A stretch of DNA of 64,000 nucleotides from Zootoca vivipara (GCF_963506605.1 NC_083288.1:32364001-32428000); one strand, 5' to 3'; shown: positions 13,368 through 26,588, numbered from the stretch's first letter. Translations and numbers: made by a program. Notes: generated by a model from the letters alone, not told the origin.

Positions 13368-14091
13368 CCCGAATACTAATCTTTAGTAGAGATCTTGCTC
13401 CCTGTCTTCAGATGTAACATAATAATCAATGTTCCTTCATTGTCGAGCCTTGTAGGTCCCTGCTCCCTAACATTGGAGTTTAAGATCTTGCATCTGAAAC
13501 AGGAAACTCATGGAGCTTTATCTCTCCCAAATTATGCTCCTTAGTTCAGAACTGTATGGGATTGGGTTATATTTATTCCAAAGTTGCAGTATTTAAATTA
13601 GTTCTGTTCTTGACTATGCTACTATAGTTCTCAGGGGGATTCTGCAAGCAGCAGAATAATTTGCAGTTTGTTAGCTAATTACAGGGGACTCAGATGAAAG
13701 ATGTATTAACTCTGGAGAACAATGAAATAAATACATGATTGTCATCTCTGAAGGGAAGTATTATCTCTTACTCAGTTGGGTAGCCTTGAGTAACAAGAAG
13801 AAAATGGCGCTAGTAGTTAAAGAAATTGATCTGGATCCAAATTTGGACCCAAAATCAGAAACATGAGAAGCTGCCTTAAACTAAGTAAGACAATTTGTAC
13901 ATCTAGCCCCATATTGTTTATTATGCTGACTGGCATGGGTTATGCACCTTTTCAAACAGGGGTCTCTGAATCCTACCTGCAGATACCAGGATTTGAACCT
14001 GGTACCATCACTATTGTTAGCTGAAGCTCTACCACTGAACTATGGCCTATCCCCCAAATTGGTAGATGAAAGCAGTGCTAGATGAAAGTGG

Positions 14092-14181
14092 CATAGCTGC
14101 CAAGTTATCCTCCTTTTTAAGGGATTTTCCCTTATGCTGAATAGGCTTCCTCGCGAGAAAAGGAAAAACTTGGCAGCTATG
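14092..14181. mobile_element. 90-bp hAT-type MITE
   Basis: 15-bp TIR catagctgccaagtt, perfect 8-bp TSD gaaagtgg. Confidence 0.9.
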
Positions 14182-14874
14182 GAAAGTGGTGACAATACGT
14201 TGGAGGACAGGACTGTATGTGTTCATTAGCTTGCAATGTAGTTTCCAAGTTGGTCAATTGGAGTTGGTCAGAGCAGTGTTAAAGGGTGATTCCACTCTCA
14301 CTCCAGTCACCTTCTGTAGTTGGAATGGAAAGGGGGCTGCAATTTAGTTCTTCACCTCAACAATAAAATGTATTGGGCTGGCCCTGCTACCTTCCCTTAC
14401 GTGTTTTCTCCACACTTCGTGGTTATGATGGTAGAGGGCTTGGTTATGATTACCAGCCTACTTCTGTTTGTGGATAGCTTTGCATATAGAAGCATTTTGA
14501 TGGCCTTGAATTCTTGTAGTGAAGAAGAAGCTGAAGAAGTTTAGGAGAGATGGACAAAGATCTAAAAAGAAGGTGGCAATGAGGAAGTGCTATGTTGAAA
14601 AAGGTATTCAGGTAGAGGAAACTAGTATACTGATTTTCAAAAACTGTTTACCACCTTGGATATCTATGGATTAAATAAATTAAGTGCTGCAGGACCACAG
14701 CCATCCCTCCCCAGCCCCCCACATTATATCATATGAGAAAAATGGTGGAGAGAAAATGGCAGTCTTGATGTCATGTCAGTATTATGAATCAACTAGATGC
14801 TCCCCAGAGGTCTGGAAAAGTCTGTTTCCCCTAGAGACTGCATCAATGATACCATCAGTATTTCTCAAGACTAA

Positions 14875-15850
14875 ATAATAATAAATAATAATAATAATAA
14901 TAATAATAATATTTTATTTATACCCCGCCCTCCCCAGTCGAAACTGGGCTAAGGGCAGCTGACACCAGTAAAATTACAATAAGACATAAAGAAAGAAAAA
15001 CAATTAGTTAAAATACAGATTAAAATACAATTTACATTTAAAATTTTAAATGCAGCCTCATTTTTTAAAAGGCCCAAGTCAAAAACCATAAGGGAGGAAA
15101 ACATAGGGGTCAGACTGAGTCCAGGCCAAAGGCCAGGCGGAACAGCTCTGTCTTGCAGGCCCTGCGGAAAGATGTCAAATCCCGCAGGGCCCTAGTCTCC
15201 TGTGTGAGAGCGTTCCACCAAGTTGGGGCCAATACTGAAAAGGCCCTCACCCTAGTTGAGCACAATCTAACCACCTTATAGCTCGGTGTGGTGAGGTTAC
15301 CCAGTAAAGGCCCCCAGACGTTTCATGGTCTATTGACCCAGTTCCTCCCTCGTCTATATTCTTCCTTGCTGCCACCAACCAGTAAGTCTGCGTACTGGTA
15401 CACAGTATTGGATTCTAGTCAGGTGAAAGGTAAACCAAACAATTAAGTTTATTAAGGTGATGATCTTACAAGCATATAAATTATTCACGGTTTCTCAGGT
15501 ACTTTTGCTTAAACTTAACCTTTAGTGCTAGTTCCTCCCTTTTCCTCCCTGACTGAAGTTCCCTTTTTATTACTCTCTCAGATTCAGCACCACAGCTCAC
15601 CTCACTAGCTTCTCTAACCCTCTCTCTATCTCAAATCCTCTCCACCTCACTCATCAACCACACCCTTCTGACTGACTGCTTCTCCCTGTATACCCCTGCT
15701 TCTTCCTGAAGAACTCCTATTGGCTATTCACATCCCATACAACTTAACTCTTGCTGGTCCCCTAGAGGTGAAACGCCACACTCGGGATCTCCAATGTGTT
15801 GTTATTTGTAGACCTTAGGGTCCTCCGCAGGGCATACCAGGAGAGGCGTG
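14875..15850 (-). mobile_element. L2 LINE 3' fragment with (AAT)n tail, split by a solo LTR
   Basis: tttatttataccccgccct end and gcgttccacc L2 motif; sequence resumes after 15785. Confidence 0.7.
15287..15780 (-). mobile_element. Solo LTR (494 bp)
   Basis: tgtggtg...cgccaca termini, 5-bp TSD ctcgg, minus-strand CCAAT and AATAAA. Confidence 0.88.
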
Positions 15851-15899
15851 AGGTAAAATGAGCTCATTTTAGAAGCTGCATGCTGGGTCATGTAAACGA

Positions 15900-16032
15900 G
15901 CCGGACTGAAGTTGGTTGGCAGCAGCTGGGACTGAGCAATGGGAGCTCACCCTGTCATGGGGATTTGAATCGCCGACCTTCTGAATGGCGAGCCCAAGAG
16001 GCTCAATGCTTTAGACCATAGCGCGACCTGCA
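15900..16032 (-). mobile_element. Degenerate Sauria SINE 5' fragment
   Basis: gggagctcaccc..gatttgaatcgccgaccttctga matches 9562-9650. Confidence 0.75.
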
Positions 16033-16430
16033 TTGTGTTACTGACTACTGAAAAAAAAGGTCTCCAATGATACGGAAAGAATGTCAGTTTGCGATCAAAT
16101 ATGTATTAACAACATTTTTAAAACTCTGGAACATATACAGAGAAGAAAACAAAATCTATCGCATGTCACTGAGATTCATTTCCATGGAAAGATGTGCCAC
16201 AACATAATTCTAAATTAATAAATATGAACCTAAGGTATGCAAGCTTCTATAAGTCAGTGAAAAGAAATTTATCTTTATTATGTTGTATTATCCTGTTATG
16301 TAGAACCCAGAACATCCTTAATTGCATTATTTATATTTTTCCTTGTTCAAAATCAATATGCCACAGCTTTCAGTATTCAGTGAAAGAAACTAAGAAAAAC
16401 AGAAAGAGATAAAGAAAGAGCAACTCCTTA

Positions 16431-16528
16431 CGCAAGCTCTTCGGGCAATGCCTGTGGGGGTTCTTTGGTGAAAGCGAATGCATTGGAAACAATGAAGCTG
16501 TGAGAAGCTATGCCAACAAGGATGAGTC
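16431..16528 (-). pseudogene. V2R exon-1 relic (3' half), with intron-1 homology back to about 16025
   Basis: Near-identical to the end of exon 1 of C/D/E ([27 protein letters not shown] plus GTAAG). 5' half and promoter missing; fused to an L2 fragment. Confidence 0.85.
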
Positions 16529-16800
16529 ACAAGGACTGCTTATCCCCAAATGAACTGACCCAGACCAAGGACTGCTTATCCCCAAATGAACTGACCCAGA
16601 CTGCTTATCCCCAAATGAACTGACTCATAACCTGAGGCCCTTCTTCCTGTGCCTGCTCAACAAGAGGTCAAGAGGGTGGCAAAATGAGAACAGGCCTTTT
16701 CTGCAGTGGAGAAAAGCCCCTGATTGTGGAGTGCTCTCCCCAGGGAGGCTCGCATGGTACCGTCATGATATATATTTAGGAACCAGGCAAAATCTTTCCT
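16528..16800 (+). mobile_element. Old L2 fragment downstream of exon 6; paralogous copies at about 32590-33000, 43165-43555, 54365-54790
   Basis: Paralogous copies encode YVGLPLK..KLQLVQN.VARLL; same position in each duplication unit. Confidence 0.75.
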
Positions 16801-17173
16801 ATATAACCAAGCCTTTGGTCTCTATAACATGTTTACTTTGTAATAGGTCATGCACATTTATTGTTTGGCTAAATTCTCTTAGAGTATACAAGTTGCACAG
16901 CTCTCATCAAGATGTGTTATAGGCTCATGGGTTTCAAGATGACTTGCTCTAAATAATTCAGGTTTATGGTCACATGTATGTACATAATGAGATCTAGCTA
17001 CAGAGTGCAATGATTTTTTTTTTAAGAAGAGAGAGTATGTATACATGTTTAAAAGAAAGAGAGGTCCAAAGAAAATTGAGATAGAACAGATTTAACAAGA
17101 GAATAATTCATAAGCAACCAAACAACCAAATAACCATTGGTTATGCAGACTAGAGCAAAACATACCCACACAT

Positions 17174-19431
17174 TCATTCAGCTTTTCGTCTTATAAGCTG
17201 TTCCTTATCATTCAGTTCAGGCCTTAAAACAATGATATAACATTTAGGGGAAAAGATGCACCCCAGCACCCCAGCACCGGAGGCTAAGATAGAAAAGATC
17301 TCCACAGCTACCATGTACTTCCCCTTTGTGCTCAGGTAGGATGGAATAAAGGATAACCAAACACTGCAAAAGACCAACATGCTGAAAGTGATGAACTTGG
17401 CTTCATTGAAACTGTCAGGCAACTTCCTGGCAAGGAAAGCCACAGTGAAACTGGCAATAGCCAGAAAACCCATGTAGCCCAAGACACAGTAAAACATAGT
17501 TACAGAACCCTCATTGCATTCTAGAACAATTTCTACATAAGTTGAGTGCTTATCGACATCTGGGAATGGGGGAGAAAAGGCCAACCACATAATACAAATG
17601 GTTGCTTGAATAAAGGAACAGGAAAAGACAATGGAGTTGGCCAGCCTCTTCCCCACCCATTTCCTCATCCTGGATCCTGGTTTGGTGGCCATGAAAGCCA
17701 GAATCACTGTGATAGTTTTTGCCAGCACACAAGAAACAGCCACTGAGAAGATGATGCCAAAAACAGTTTGTCGCAGAAGACATGTCACCTTCTGAGGCTG
17801 TCCAATGAATAGCAATGCACAAAGGAAGCAGAGCAGGAGGGAGAGGAGGAGCATGTAGGTGAGATCCCGGTTGTTGGCTTTGACAATGGGAGTCTTGTGG
17901 TACTTCAGAAATGTCCCTAGCACCAAAGCTGTGATGGTTGAAGAGGAAAGAGAAAAACAGGCTAAACTGATCCCCAAAGGTTCTTCATAAGACAAGAAGC
18001 TTACTTCCTTCAGAATACATAAATCCTGTATTTTGTTGGGATAATATTCATCTGGACATTTAAAACAGTCATTCATATCTGAAGAGGAAGCAAAGAGTTA
18101 TGAGGTTTATATTGGTGTGCCAAACAATAAAATAAATGTTAATCTCATAGATTAAGGTTATGTAATCCTGTCATCCCAAGCAATGATTTTCCTATGAGAA
18201 TTTATCTATGAGATTTGGGCATTTTTGAATATATACAACAAAACCTCAAATATAGTGCTTTACCAAGGACAATGTTACACCAGGTCCTGATTTTCCTCTG
18301 CCAAGGCCTTTTATCATGAATGTTCAAGACATTTCATTAAAGCGTTCTGCTGGTTTTTTTTTCTTTACTCTTTATGCTTTGATTTAAAAATTCTTAATCA
18401 AAGGTGAATTAAAATGTAAACTTTCTTCTCAATGAATACATTGTGTTTTCTTCTCATTCCACACTCCTCTCTCTCTCTCTCTCCCTCCAGCTTTTGGAGA
18501 AGGAGAAAAGGACAGAGGTTGAAGAAGGATGAAGGCCGCTCCCTGAAAGGCCCTTTCCACCTGCCCTAGGGGGCGGGGTCCAGACTCACCCAGCCCTACT
18601 ATGTTAAATATGTATTCTTCAGTTGACCTCCTTTGTAATGTTTTCTTTGAAATCTTTAATATAATATTTTAGTTTTCTGTTATGTTTCTTTGACTGCATA
18701 CTCTATATTTTACTTTCTTCAAAATGTTTTATTTATGTTTTATTGATTTAATAAGTTGTAAACCACTTCAAGATTTTTCTTAAAAATATAAAGTGGTATA
18801 GAAAAAAAATAAGAAAGAGACCTCTGTGTATAGAGCGGTATATAAATTCAAAAAAATAAATTAATAAAGAATAATAATAATAAATTAAAAGGCCCGTAAG
18901 TGAAGAAGTGCCCTTTCACCAACCTTTGGACCACGTGGGAAACTCAACAAACCTGCTGCTCCTGGAACTGGATGTGCAGCTGAATGGGACACAACTGTAG
19001 ACAGCCTGAGGTAGTACCACGCCCTCATTCCTTGTTATCAGGAACTCTTCTCATTGCAAGGCTTTTGTGGTTGAGCTGAGAGTTTGTTTAGACCCTAGGT
19101 AAGAACCCAGAGACTGGAAGGCAGTCATACCTTGGTTTGCGACCACCTCCGTTTGTGACCGCTTCCGTTTCTGACCACCGTGGAACCCGAAGTGTTTTAC
19201 ATACGGGTTCCGTGACACTCAGATGTGCAGAAGCGATCTGTGCAGCGCGCGCATGTGCAGAAGTGATCTGCACAGCACATGTGTGTGCAGAAGTGCTCTA
19301 TCGGTGCTTCGCGGACGCGCAGAAGTGTGCATCGGGGAACGACCGATTTGGGGAGCAACCGGGGAACGACCGATTTGGGAAGGAACAGATTGCGGTTGCA
19401 AACCAAGGTATGACTGTATGTCAGAAGGAAA

Positions 19432-19471
<40 letters not shown>

Positions 19472-22400
19472 TAAATGTAACATTTTTATATGCAACTGTG
19501 TATCTTATATAAAAAAAGTTTCCAGAAGCCAAACCCCTTGTTCTCCTATTATGAGAAAACAGGATAGGGGAAGCAGAATATGTAACACAGACGGCATAAG
19601 CTTCCAAACCTATCTCAACTTCGCTATTGTTGAACCAATAAACAATTAGTCACACTGCAGTTGTGGACATGAATGAGACTTCAAGGAGGAGATTGCTTAT
19701 AATCACAGAAACTCATACAAGGATGACAGGTAAAACCCACTCCTCTTTTTGCCTCTTCTGAGGTCCTGGGATGAAGTTGACGCAAAGAGGCCATGGGCCG
19801 ATCAGGTCACATTTGACACAAGGGCAATTTTTTCCACCAAGAAAACCAGATTGGATTTTTGCATCTTCAACAAGGCCCTCTGCATCACTCGGATTTAGCA
19901 TCCCCCCCATTTTTTTTAAAGAATAAAACCGTAACCATATTGTACACACATATTTATGCCTATTCTTATTCCTCTGAATTACTGGCCATCTGCTTCCTAT
20001 TTCTGTATGTGATATTGCTTACCTATCTGGTCTGAAACCTTCCCTTCTGGACAGGGAGTGCAATCGTAGCAGCAAAATGGCTCCCCCTCCTTCATTTTCT
20101 TGCTTGAACCAGGACTGCAACTCTCACTGCACACAGAAATAGGCCTTGCCTAATCCATGAAACAAAGGAAAATATAGAGCTGGAAATCTTTATGGTTCCA
20201 GTAGAGGAGGCTCCTGTTACTGGAAAACTGGGCAGAGACCTGACAGGAATCCAACTCCCTCCCCAATCACCAAGGATGGCTCAGGCTTTCTCCTATTACC
20301 CACAAGCATATTAATACATTTTCTGCAACTGAGATGTTTTCTAGAGGTTTGGGTCCATCGTCCAGTCATAAAAACCACTAGCAGCAGATTCCAACCTGGT
20401 CTGCAGAGAGGGAAGACACTTAAAGAAAGGAAAGTCCTTAAACTATGACAGGCATAGCAATTGTCCATTCCTTTTATTCCCTTAGAAGCTAAAGCAGGAG
20501 AAGCCTCAAAGGCACACAAACAAACAAAAAAGCAGTTGCATGGCAGGCTTTTGACTGCCCACCATAAGCAAATAAGGACAATGTGTTCTTCAGATGATTG
20601 CTGCTCTTTGCAAATTTGCATAGATCATCCCATCCCTAGCTTGTGTTTGTGTCTGAGAGAAGAGAGAGAGAAATAGAGAGAAACAGGGGGGGGGGGGGAG
20701 AGAAAGATTTTATTTCTTTTTCTTAACCAAAAGGTACAGGACAGGAAAATTCTAAATGGGTTTCTTGTTTGAAGAGGAAAGAAGTAAAAAGAAATGCTTA
20801 TAGTTGCATTTTTAAATTGGCCATTAGTGAGGTGGTAGAGTTAGTGTGCTAAAAAGTGAAGTTCTGGTTTGATAAAGGCAAGCAAGAAATAAAGTTTTCC
20901 ACTTGGTGAAAACTTTGGGAACAAAAGAGGAGATTCTACCTGGTTTTCTCACTTCCTTCATTTTCACAGAGCTGGTTTCAACCACACTGCCGAAGATTAT
21001 TTCATAAATAAAATGAATAAAGGTTACATATACAGTGGTACCTCAGGTTATTAACTTAATTCATTCTGGAGGTCCGTTTTTAACCCGAAACTGTTCTTAA
21101 CCTGAAGTGTGCTTTCACTAATGGGGCCTCCCACTGACGCCGCAACACCGGCACACAATTTCCGTTCTCATCCTGGGGCAAAGTTTGTAACCCGAGGTAC
21201 TACTACTGGGTTAGTGGAGTTTGTAACCCAAAGCATTTATAACCCAAGGTACCACTGTACTTTGGTCCTATTGGTGGAATTTTGAATGTTTCGAATGAAA
21301 ACAATCATAAGTGATATTCAAAGATGGAGTGCTCTGGGCTGACTCAATGAAATAAACGTGCATGACTAACTTTGGACTGAACCTCAACATCAAAAAACCC
21401 AAGATCATGGCCACTGGTCCCATCACCTCCTGGCAAATAAAAGGGGAAGAAATGGAGGCAGTATGAGATTTTACTTTCTTGGGCTCCTTGATCACTGCAG
21501 ATGGTGACAGCAGTCACAAAATTAAAAGATGCCTGGTTCTTGGGAGAAAAGCAATGACAAACCTAGACAGCATCTTAAAAAGCAGAGACATCATCTTGCC
21601 GACAAAGGTCCATATAGTTAAAGCTATGGTTTTCCCAGTAGTGAGAGCTGGACCATAAAGAAGGCTGATCGCCGAAGAATTGATGCTTTTGAATTATGGT
21701 GCTGGAGGAGACTCTTGAGAGTCCCATGGACTGCAAGAAGATCAAACCTATCCATTCTTAAGGAAATCAGCCCTGAGTGCTCACTGGAAGGACAGATCCT
21801 GAAGCTGAGGCTACAATACTTTGGCCACCTCATGAGAAGAGAAGACTCCCTGGAAAACACCCTGATGCTGGGAAAGATGGAGGGCACAAGGAGAAGGGGA
21901 CGACAGAGGATGTGATGGTTGGACAGTGTTCTCGAAGCTATGAATATGAGTTTGACCAAACTGTGGGAGGCAGTGGAAGACAGGAGTGCCTGACGTGCTC
22001 TGGTGCATGGGGTCACGGAGAGTCGGACACAACTAAACGACTAAAGAACAAAAACAACAACTTTGGATCTCAACCAAAGATCATCATTTGACATCAATGT
22101 TCTTTCCAAACTGGAAGTCTCCCTACCTTGTTAAACCGCCTTTGCCATGTTATAGCATCCTCATGAATGGTGAAAACCTGATGTGAAGAAGTCTGGGGAT
22201 CCATCCTCCCAACTTTACTTTTATGAAAGGATTGGTTTAAGGAAGCAATCCAGTTAATAACATCCAACCCAACTTTCAACTCCCCATTCTGGTTAAAGGA
22301 AACCTCCTCTCCAGCACTATTATTAAATAATACACCTCTGAGGAAATGATGGAACTAGATTTTAAAAAGGAAATGAGAAGAAGAGGATGTGCATCAGTGT

Positions 22401-25400
22401 TACAAATATATTCAGTGTCAACGGTAGCACAGAAGAACAAGCAAGCAAACAAAAATCAAGGAGATAATATATTAAATGAGTCATGGACTATTTCGGCACC
22501 CATTATATGGGGCGCTACTGCAAGAGAAAATTAGCTTCATTACCTGCCATGGCTGTTGATTTTGAAATGACAACTGCCCTTGGTCCTTTAACATTCTTGA
22601 TTTGAGTCTCCATGAGAACATGTCCTGAACAGCATGTGCCATGGCATAAACAGCCATGTAGATACTGTAGCTGTGGCCAATCATGTTCATTTCGAAGAAA
22701 GGCCCAGGAAGAGTCCTAACATTCTCATCTCCAGTGCAGATATCCCCATCCACATCTTCTGCACCTGCACTTGGGAATGAGCAGGCAAAGGCTTGCTGCC
22801 AGAAGTCCTTGATGAAATAATCTTCTTTTGATGTGGCAGGTTTTCTGCTGGCAGTAAATTGCTGAAATCCTGATATATCATTGGAGTGAATTGCGAAGGA
22901 CAGAGCCCCATGGATTATTTCGTTATCCCAAGTCCTTTGATAAACGAGAGAAGTCAGCTCCACTTGGGCTGTCATTATCAACACTGTACCTTTTGGCTTA
23001 ATATTCACATGTTCTTGCTCAGATAAATATGGAAGCCATCTCAGAAATATCATTGCATAAGATTCTCCATAGAGGACTATCACATTTGCTTTGCTACTCA
23101 TTACTTTATCATATATTTTTGCACCCTGCTGTAATAAGTCTTTAAGATCAGTGACTAGAGATAATTTGGAAACTCTTTCTATAAAGGCAAAACAAATGCC
23201 ACTAGAAGAAAACATTGGAACCACAGTTTGCACAAATCTTTCTCCGTTCTCAAGATCCATAGTAAGGAGTCCAACCCATGTCCACCTGAAATGCAGAAGT
23301 AAGAAGAGAATCCCCTCATACTGAAGGGCTTCCTGTGGGACCATTTGGTAGAACGAAAGGCCTGGAGTCTTATCCTTCATGACTGGAGCAGGGCTATATA
23401 TGAGCTAAAAGGGATTTCAGAAAAAGAAAGAAAGAACAGGAATGGTTTTATGGATATATTCAGTCATTTTTATTCAACGTTTCAAGTTACCTTGTGAGGA
23501 AGGACCGTGTTGCTCCATTATTCAACACAAGATGCAGAAAATAATAGTACTGAAATACTTCTTGAGTCTTATGTGTTACTATAGCCAATTAGGCGTACGC
23601 CCCAAATAAAACAAGATTGGGGGCTCTCGACTGTCACTATAAGAAAGAGGAAGAAGGGTACCATGTTTCCAAGAAAAGCAGTGTCCTAATGTATTTAAAC
23701 CCTGGACACTCTTCATTGCTGTATCTTTCTTTTTCAGTCAAAACACACTTCCCAGCTTTTCTTATAACATGGACTTGTACTCCCGGCATAAAGGTACACA
23801 GACACCCTTCTGCTCACATTTTGCATGCCCATGTTGATCCTATACTATGGCACCACAAATCCTTAGCAAATGCAAAATCCCTTCATAAAGACATCAATAC
23901 ACCCTTCTGCCTGCATTCCTGTGAACAAAATGTGGGCATTAACATCAACTTTATGTAGTACAGTCTAGTAGATACTCAGTACCATTTGTGGTTAATTTTA
24001 GCATAGTCCAAAGAATACTCATCAAAATGTTCCTTCAATGAGATTTATGTTCCACAACTTTTCACTCCATTTCTAAGAAGAACAATCCAAAAGCTGCCAT
24101 TTTCAATTCCCATTCCATCGCCATCATTTCAATCTCTTCGGACTAAATTTGTGAGGCAATGATATTTACATCCCTGAGACTTTTTTACATTTCCCCGCAA
24201 AAGATTGGTGACTGAATGGGAAACAACCTGCATCATTAGCCCCTCTTCAAATTAAAAGTATTTATTTGCCCCCCCAATTGTATCAATAAATTCAAAACTG
24301 CATCCCCTATAGAAGAGTCTTGCTGAGGTATTTAAGCTTATGCTTTATTCACCACACCAGTTCAAATATTGTGGCCCACTCGCTGAACCAGAGAGTGAAA
24401 TGCAGTCATACCTTGGTTTAAGTACACCTCGGTTTGAGTATTTTCAGTTTAAGTACTCTGCGGACCTGTCTGGAATGGATTAATCCACTTTTCATTACTT
24501 TCAATGGGAAAGTTCTCTTCAGGTTAAGTATGCTTCAGGTTAAGTATGGACTTCCAGAACCAATTACACTCATACCTCGGGTTAAGTACACTTCAAGTTA
24601 AGTACAGACTTCTGGAACCAATTGTGTTTGTAAACCGAGGTACCACTGTATGGCAGGCAATGGAATCATGGAAGGAAAACAACAACCTTAAATCCATGGT
24701 GCTCAGCACAGAGATGGATAAAGTATACCTGTGGAATTTTATAGATATCCAAGACGGTTGCAGCATGAAGAGAGGTTAGGGGGTCCAGTCCCCCAATGAC
24801 TGCTATCAAATGATGATGGATGTCACATTTGTAGTTGGGGACCAATCTGTCTGGGCTGGACGTTAGCAGCATTGTAGCATGATAGGTCCCTTTTGCAATG
24901 AAATAGCTGTCAAATATGTGGAAGCCCAAGGTGGTATTGGGTAAGATCTGAGGGTTGTCATTGATCTCCTTCACTGCAAATGCCAAGGCCAGGATGTGCT
25001 GGTAATTCTTAGTCACCACGCTGAAATGAGAATTACATTTTGTACTAAAAAGATATCTCTCATTTTATAAATCACTATTATTGCCTTCTCATCATTGTTT
25101 GCATTATGAAATAGTACAGTATTTTAAGCCACATTTGTGGATGCAGTCCAGGGTGGTGTAGAAAATTGTGTGGTTGTTTTGTTTTTTAGTAAACATTATA
25201 AGAAGCCTGGAACATATAAAGGAAGAAAACGAAATCCATATGACTGTGATCTTTTTCCATGATAAGATTGACAACAACAGATTTCAAAATTAATAGATAT
25301 GAAACTATGCTATGCAAGCCTAGTCAGTGAAAGAAATTTATCTTTATTATGTTCGCTTATCTTGTTATGGGGAACCTGGAACATCCTTAATTGCAATATT

Positions 25401-25719
25401 TATACTTTCCTATGTTGAAAAATCAGGATTCCACAGCTTTCAGTATTCAGAGAAAGAAGCTAAGAAAAACAGAAAGAGATAAAGAAAGAGCAACTCCTTA
25501 CGCAAGCTCTTCGGGCAATGCCTGTGGGGGTTCTTTAGTGAAGGCTAATGCATTGGAAATGATGAAGCTGTGAGAAGCTATGCCACCAAGGATGAGGTCT
25601 CCTGACTGGTGATACTTGTGAAGTGGAGGGTGTGGCTCATGGATATGACACTTCACAATGTGAGTCTTGCATGTCATTTCAGGAAGCAGTGCCAGCAGCA
25701 AAATAACAAAAGTTGCCAT
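17174..25719 (-). CDS. V2R gene C, complete 6-exon model, 876 aa
   Basis: Exons 25719-25502, 25020-24729, 23404-22544, 22354-22127, 20149-20023, 18078-17174 (218/292/861/228/127/905 nt); GT-AG, no stops. Confidence 0.93.
19122..19416. mobile_element. Tigger-like MITE specific to gene C
   Basis: TIR cagtcataccttggtttgc / gcaaaccaaggtatgactg; absent from D and E. Confidence 0.85.
21033..21257. mobile_element. Tigger-like MITE
   Basis: cagtggtacct..aggtaccactg with TA TSD; empty site in D (about 37815) and E. Confidence 0.88.
21377..22058 (+). mobile_element. Bov-B (RTE) LINE 3' fragment
   Basis: [41 protein letters not shown], ends agtcggacacaact..(caa)n; TSD aactttgga; empty site at 37923. 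Confidence 0.93.
24403..24648. mobile_element. Tigger-like MITE specific to gene C
   Basis: cagtcatacct..gaggtaccactg; empty site gagtgaaatatggcagg in D and E. Confidence 0.85.
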
Positions 25720-26192
25720 CCTGAGTGGGAAAGCAAATCTTCACTTGAGAAACATGACATTCTATGCACAGAAAACTCCCTTATTTCAATGTCAGCAGTT
25801 GCAGAGGCTGATTTAAATGTTTATTCAGTTTTTAAATAGACCAGAACTCTGAAGTATAAACACCACTAATCTCTAATGGTAGTTATAAATTCTAGTGTGT
25901 AGATTTTATAAATAACAACTTTCAATCCCCCCCGTTTGAATTTCACAGGGGGTTCAGCATGCAATGTAATTAATTATAGTCATTGCTATAATGACAGAGG
26001 GAAATAATTACAAAGTCATGTTTGGGGTTCCTCTGTGAAATTGCAGAAGGAAACTTGTTTGTTACATCTGAAGATTCCCCTCGGCATCCACCTACCTGAG
26101 TGTCAAAGGATGCTTTGGCTTGGATGAGAAAGACAGGAATGCTTTAGATGTATAACATCATAGTTTGGAGTTAATGTACACTGAAACATGTA

Positions 26193-26379
26193 CACTCAAA
26201 CCTCTGTTTACGTAACCCTCTGGTTACATAAACTTCAGGATGCACACACGGCAAACCCGGAAGTATTTTACCGGCTTTCGCTGCGTGCGCATGCGCAAAA
26301 GCAGTACTCAGGTTATGGAAACCTCGGGATCCAACCAGACCTCCGGAATGGATCCCGTCCGCAACTGGAGGTACCACTG
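26193..26379. mobile_element. Tigger-like MITE, one end decayed
   Basis: Ends gaggtaccactg+ta; absent at the paralogous D site (about 42115). Confidence 0.65.
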
Positions 26380-26388
26380 TATTAGGAG

Positions 26389-26560
26389 ATTCGGGTAGCT
26401 AACCGTGTTGGTCTGACACTGTTGAAATAAAAATAAAATAAAATAAATTGTCCACTAGCACCTTATAGACCAACTATGTTTGTTCTGGTATAAGCTTATA
26501 CGAGAACAAACTTAGTTGGTCTATAAGGTACTACCCGACATATTCTTATTCCTATTCTTA
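26389..26560. mobile_element. Second Penelope-derived palindromic element, hammerhead core deleted
   Basis: Arms tagcaccttatagaccaacta.. / ..tagttggtctataaggtacta centred on tataagcttata; flanked by tgtattaggag repeats. Confidence 0.75.
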
Positions 26561-26588
26561 TGTATTAGGAGCACTGTGCTGAAGATTT

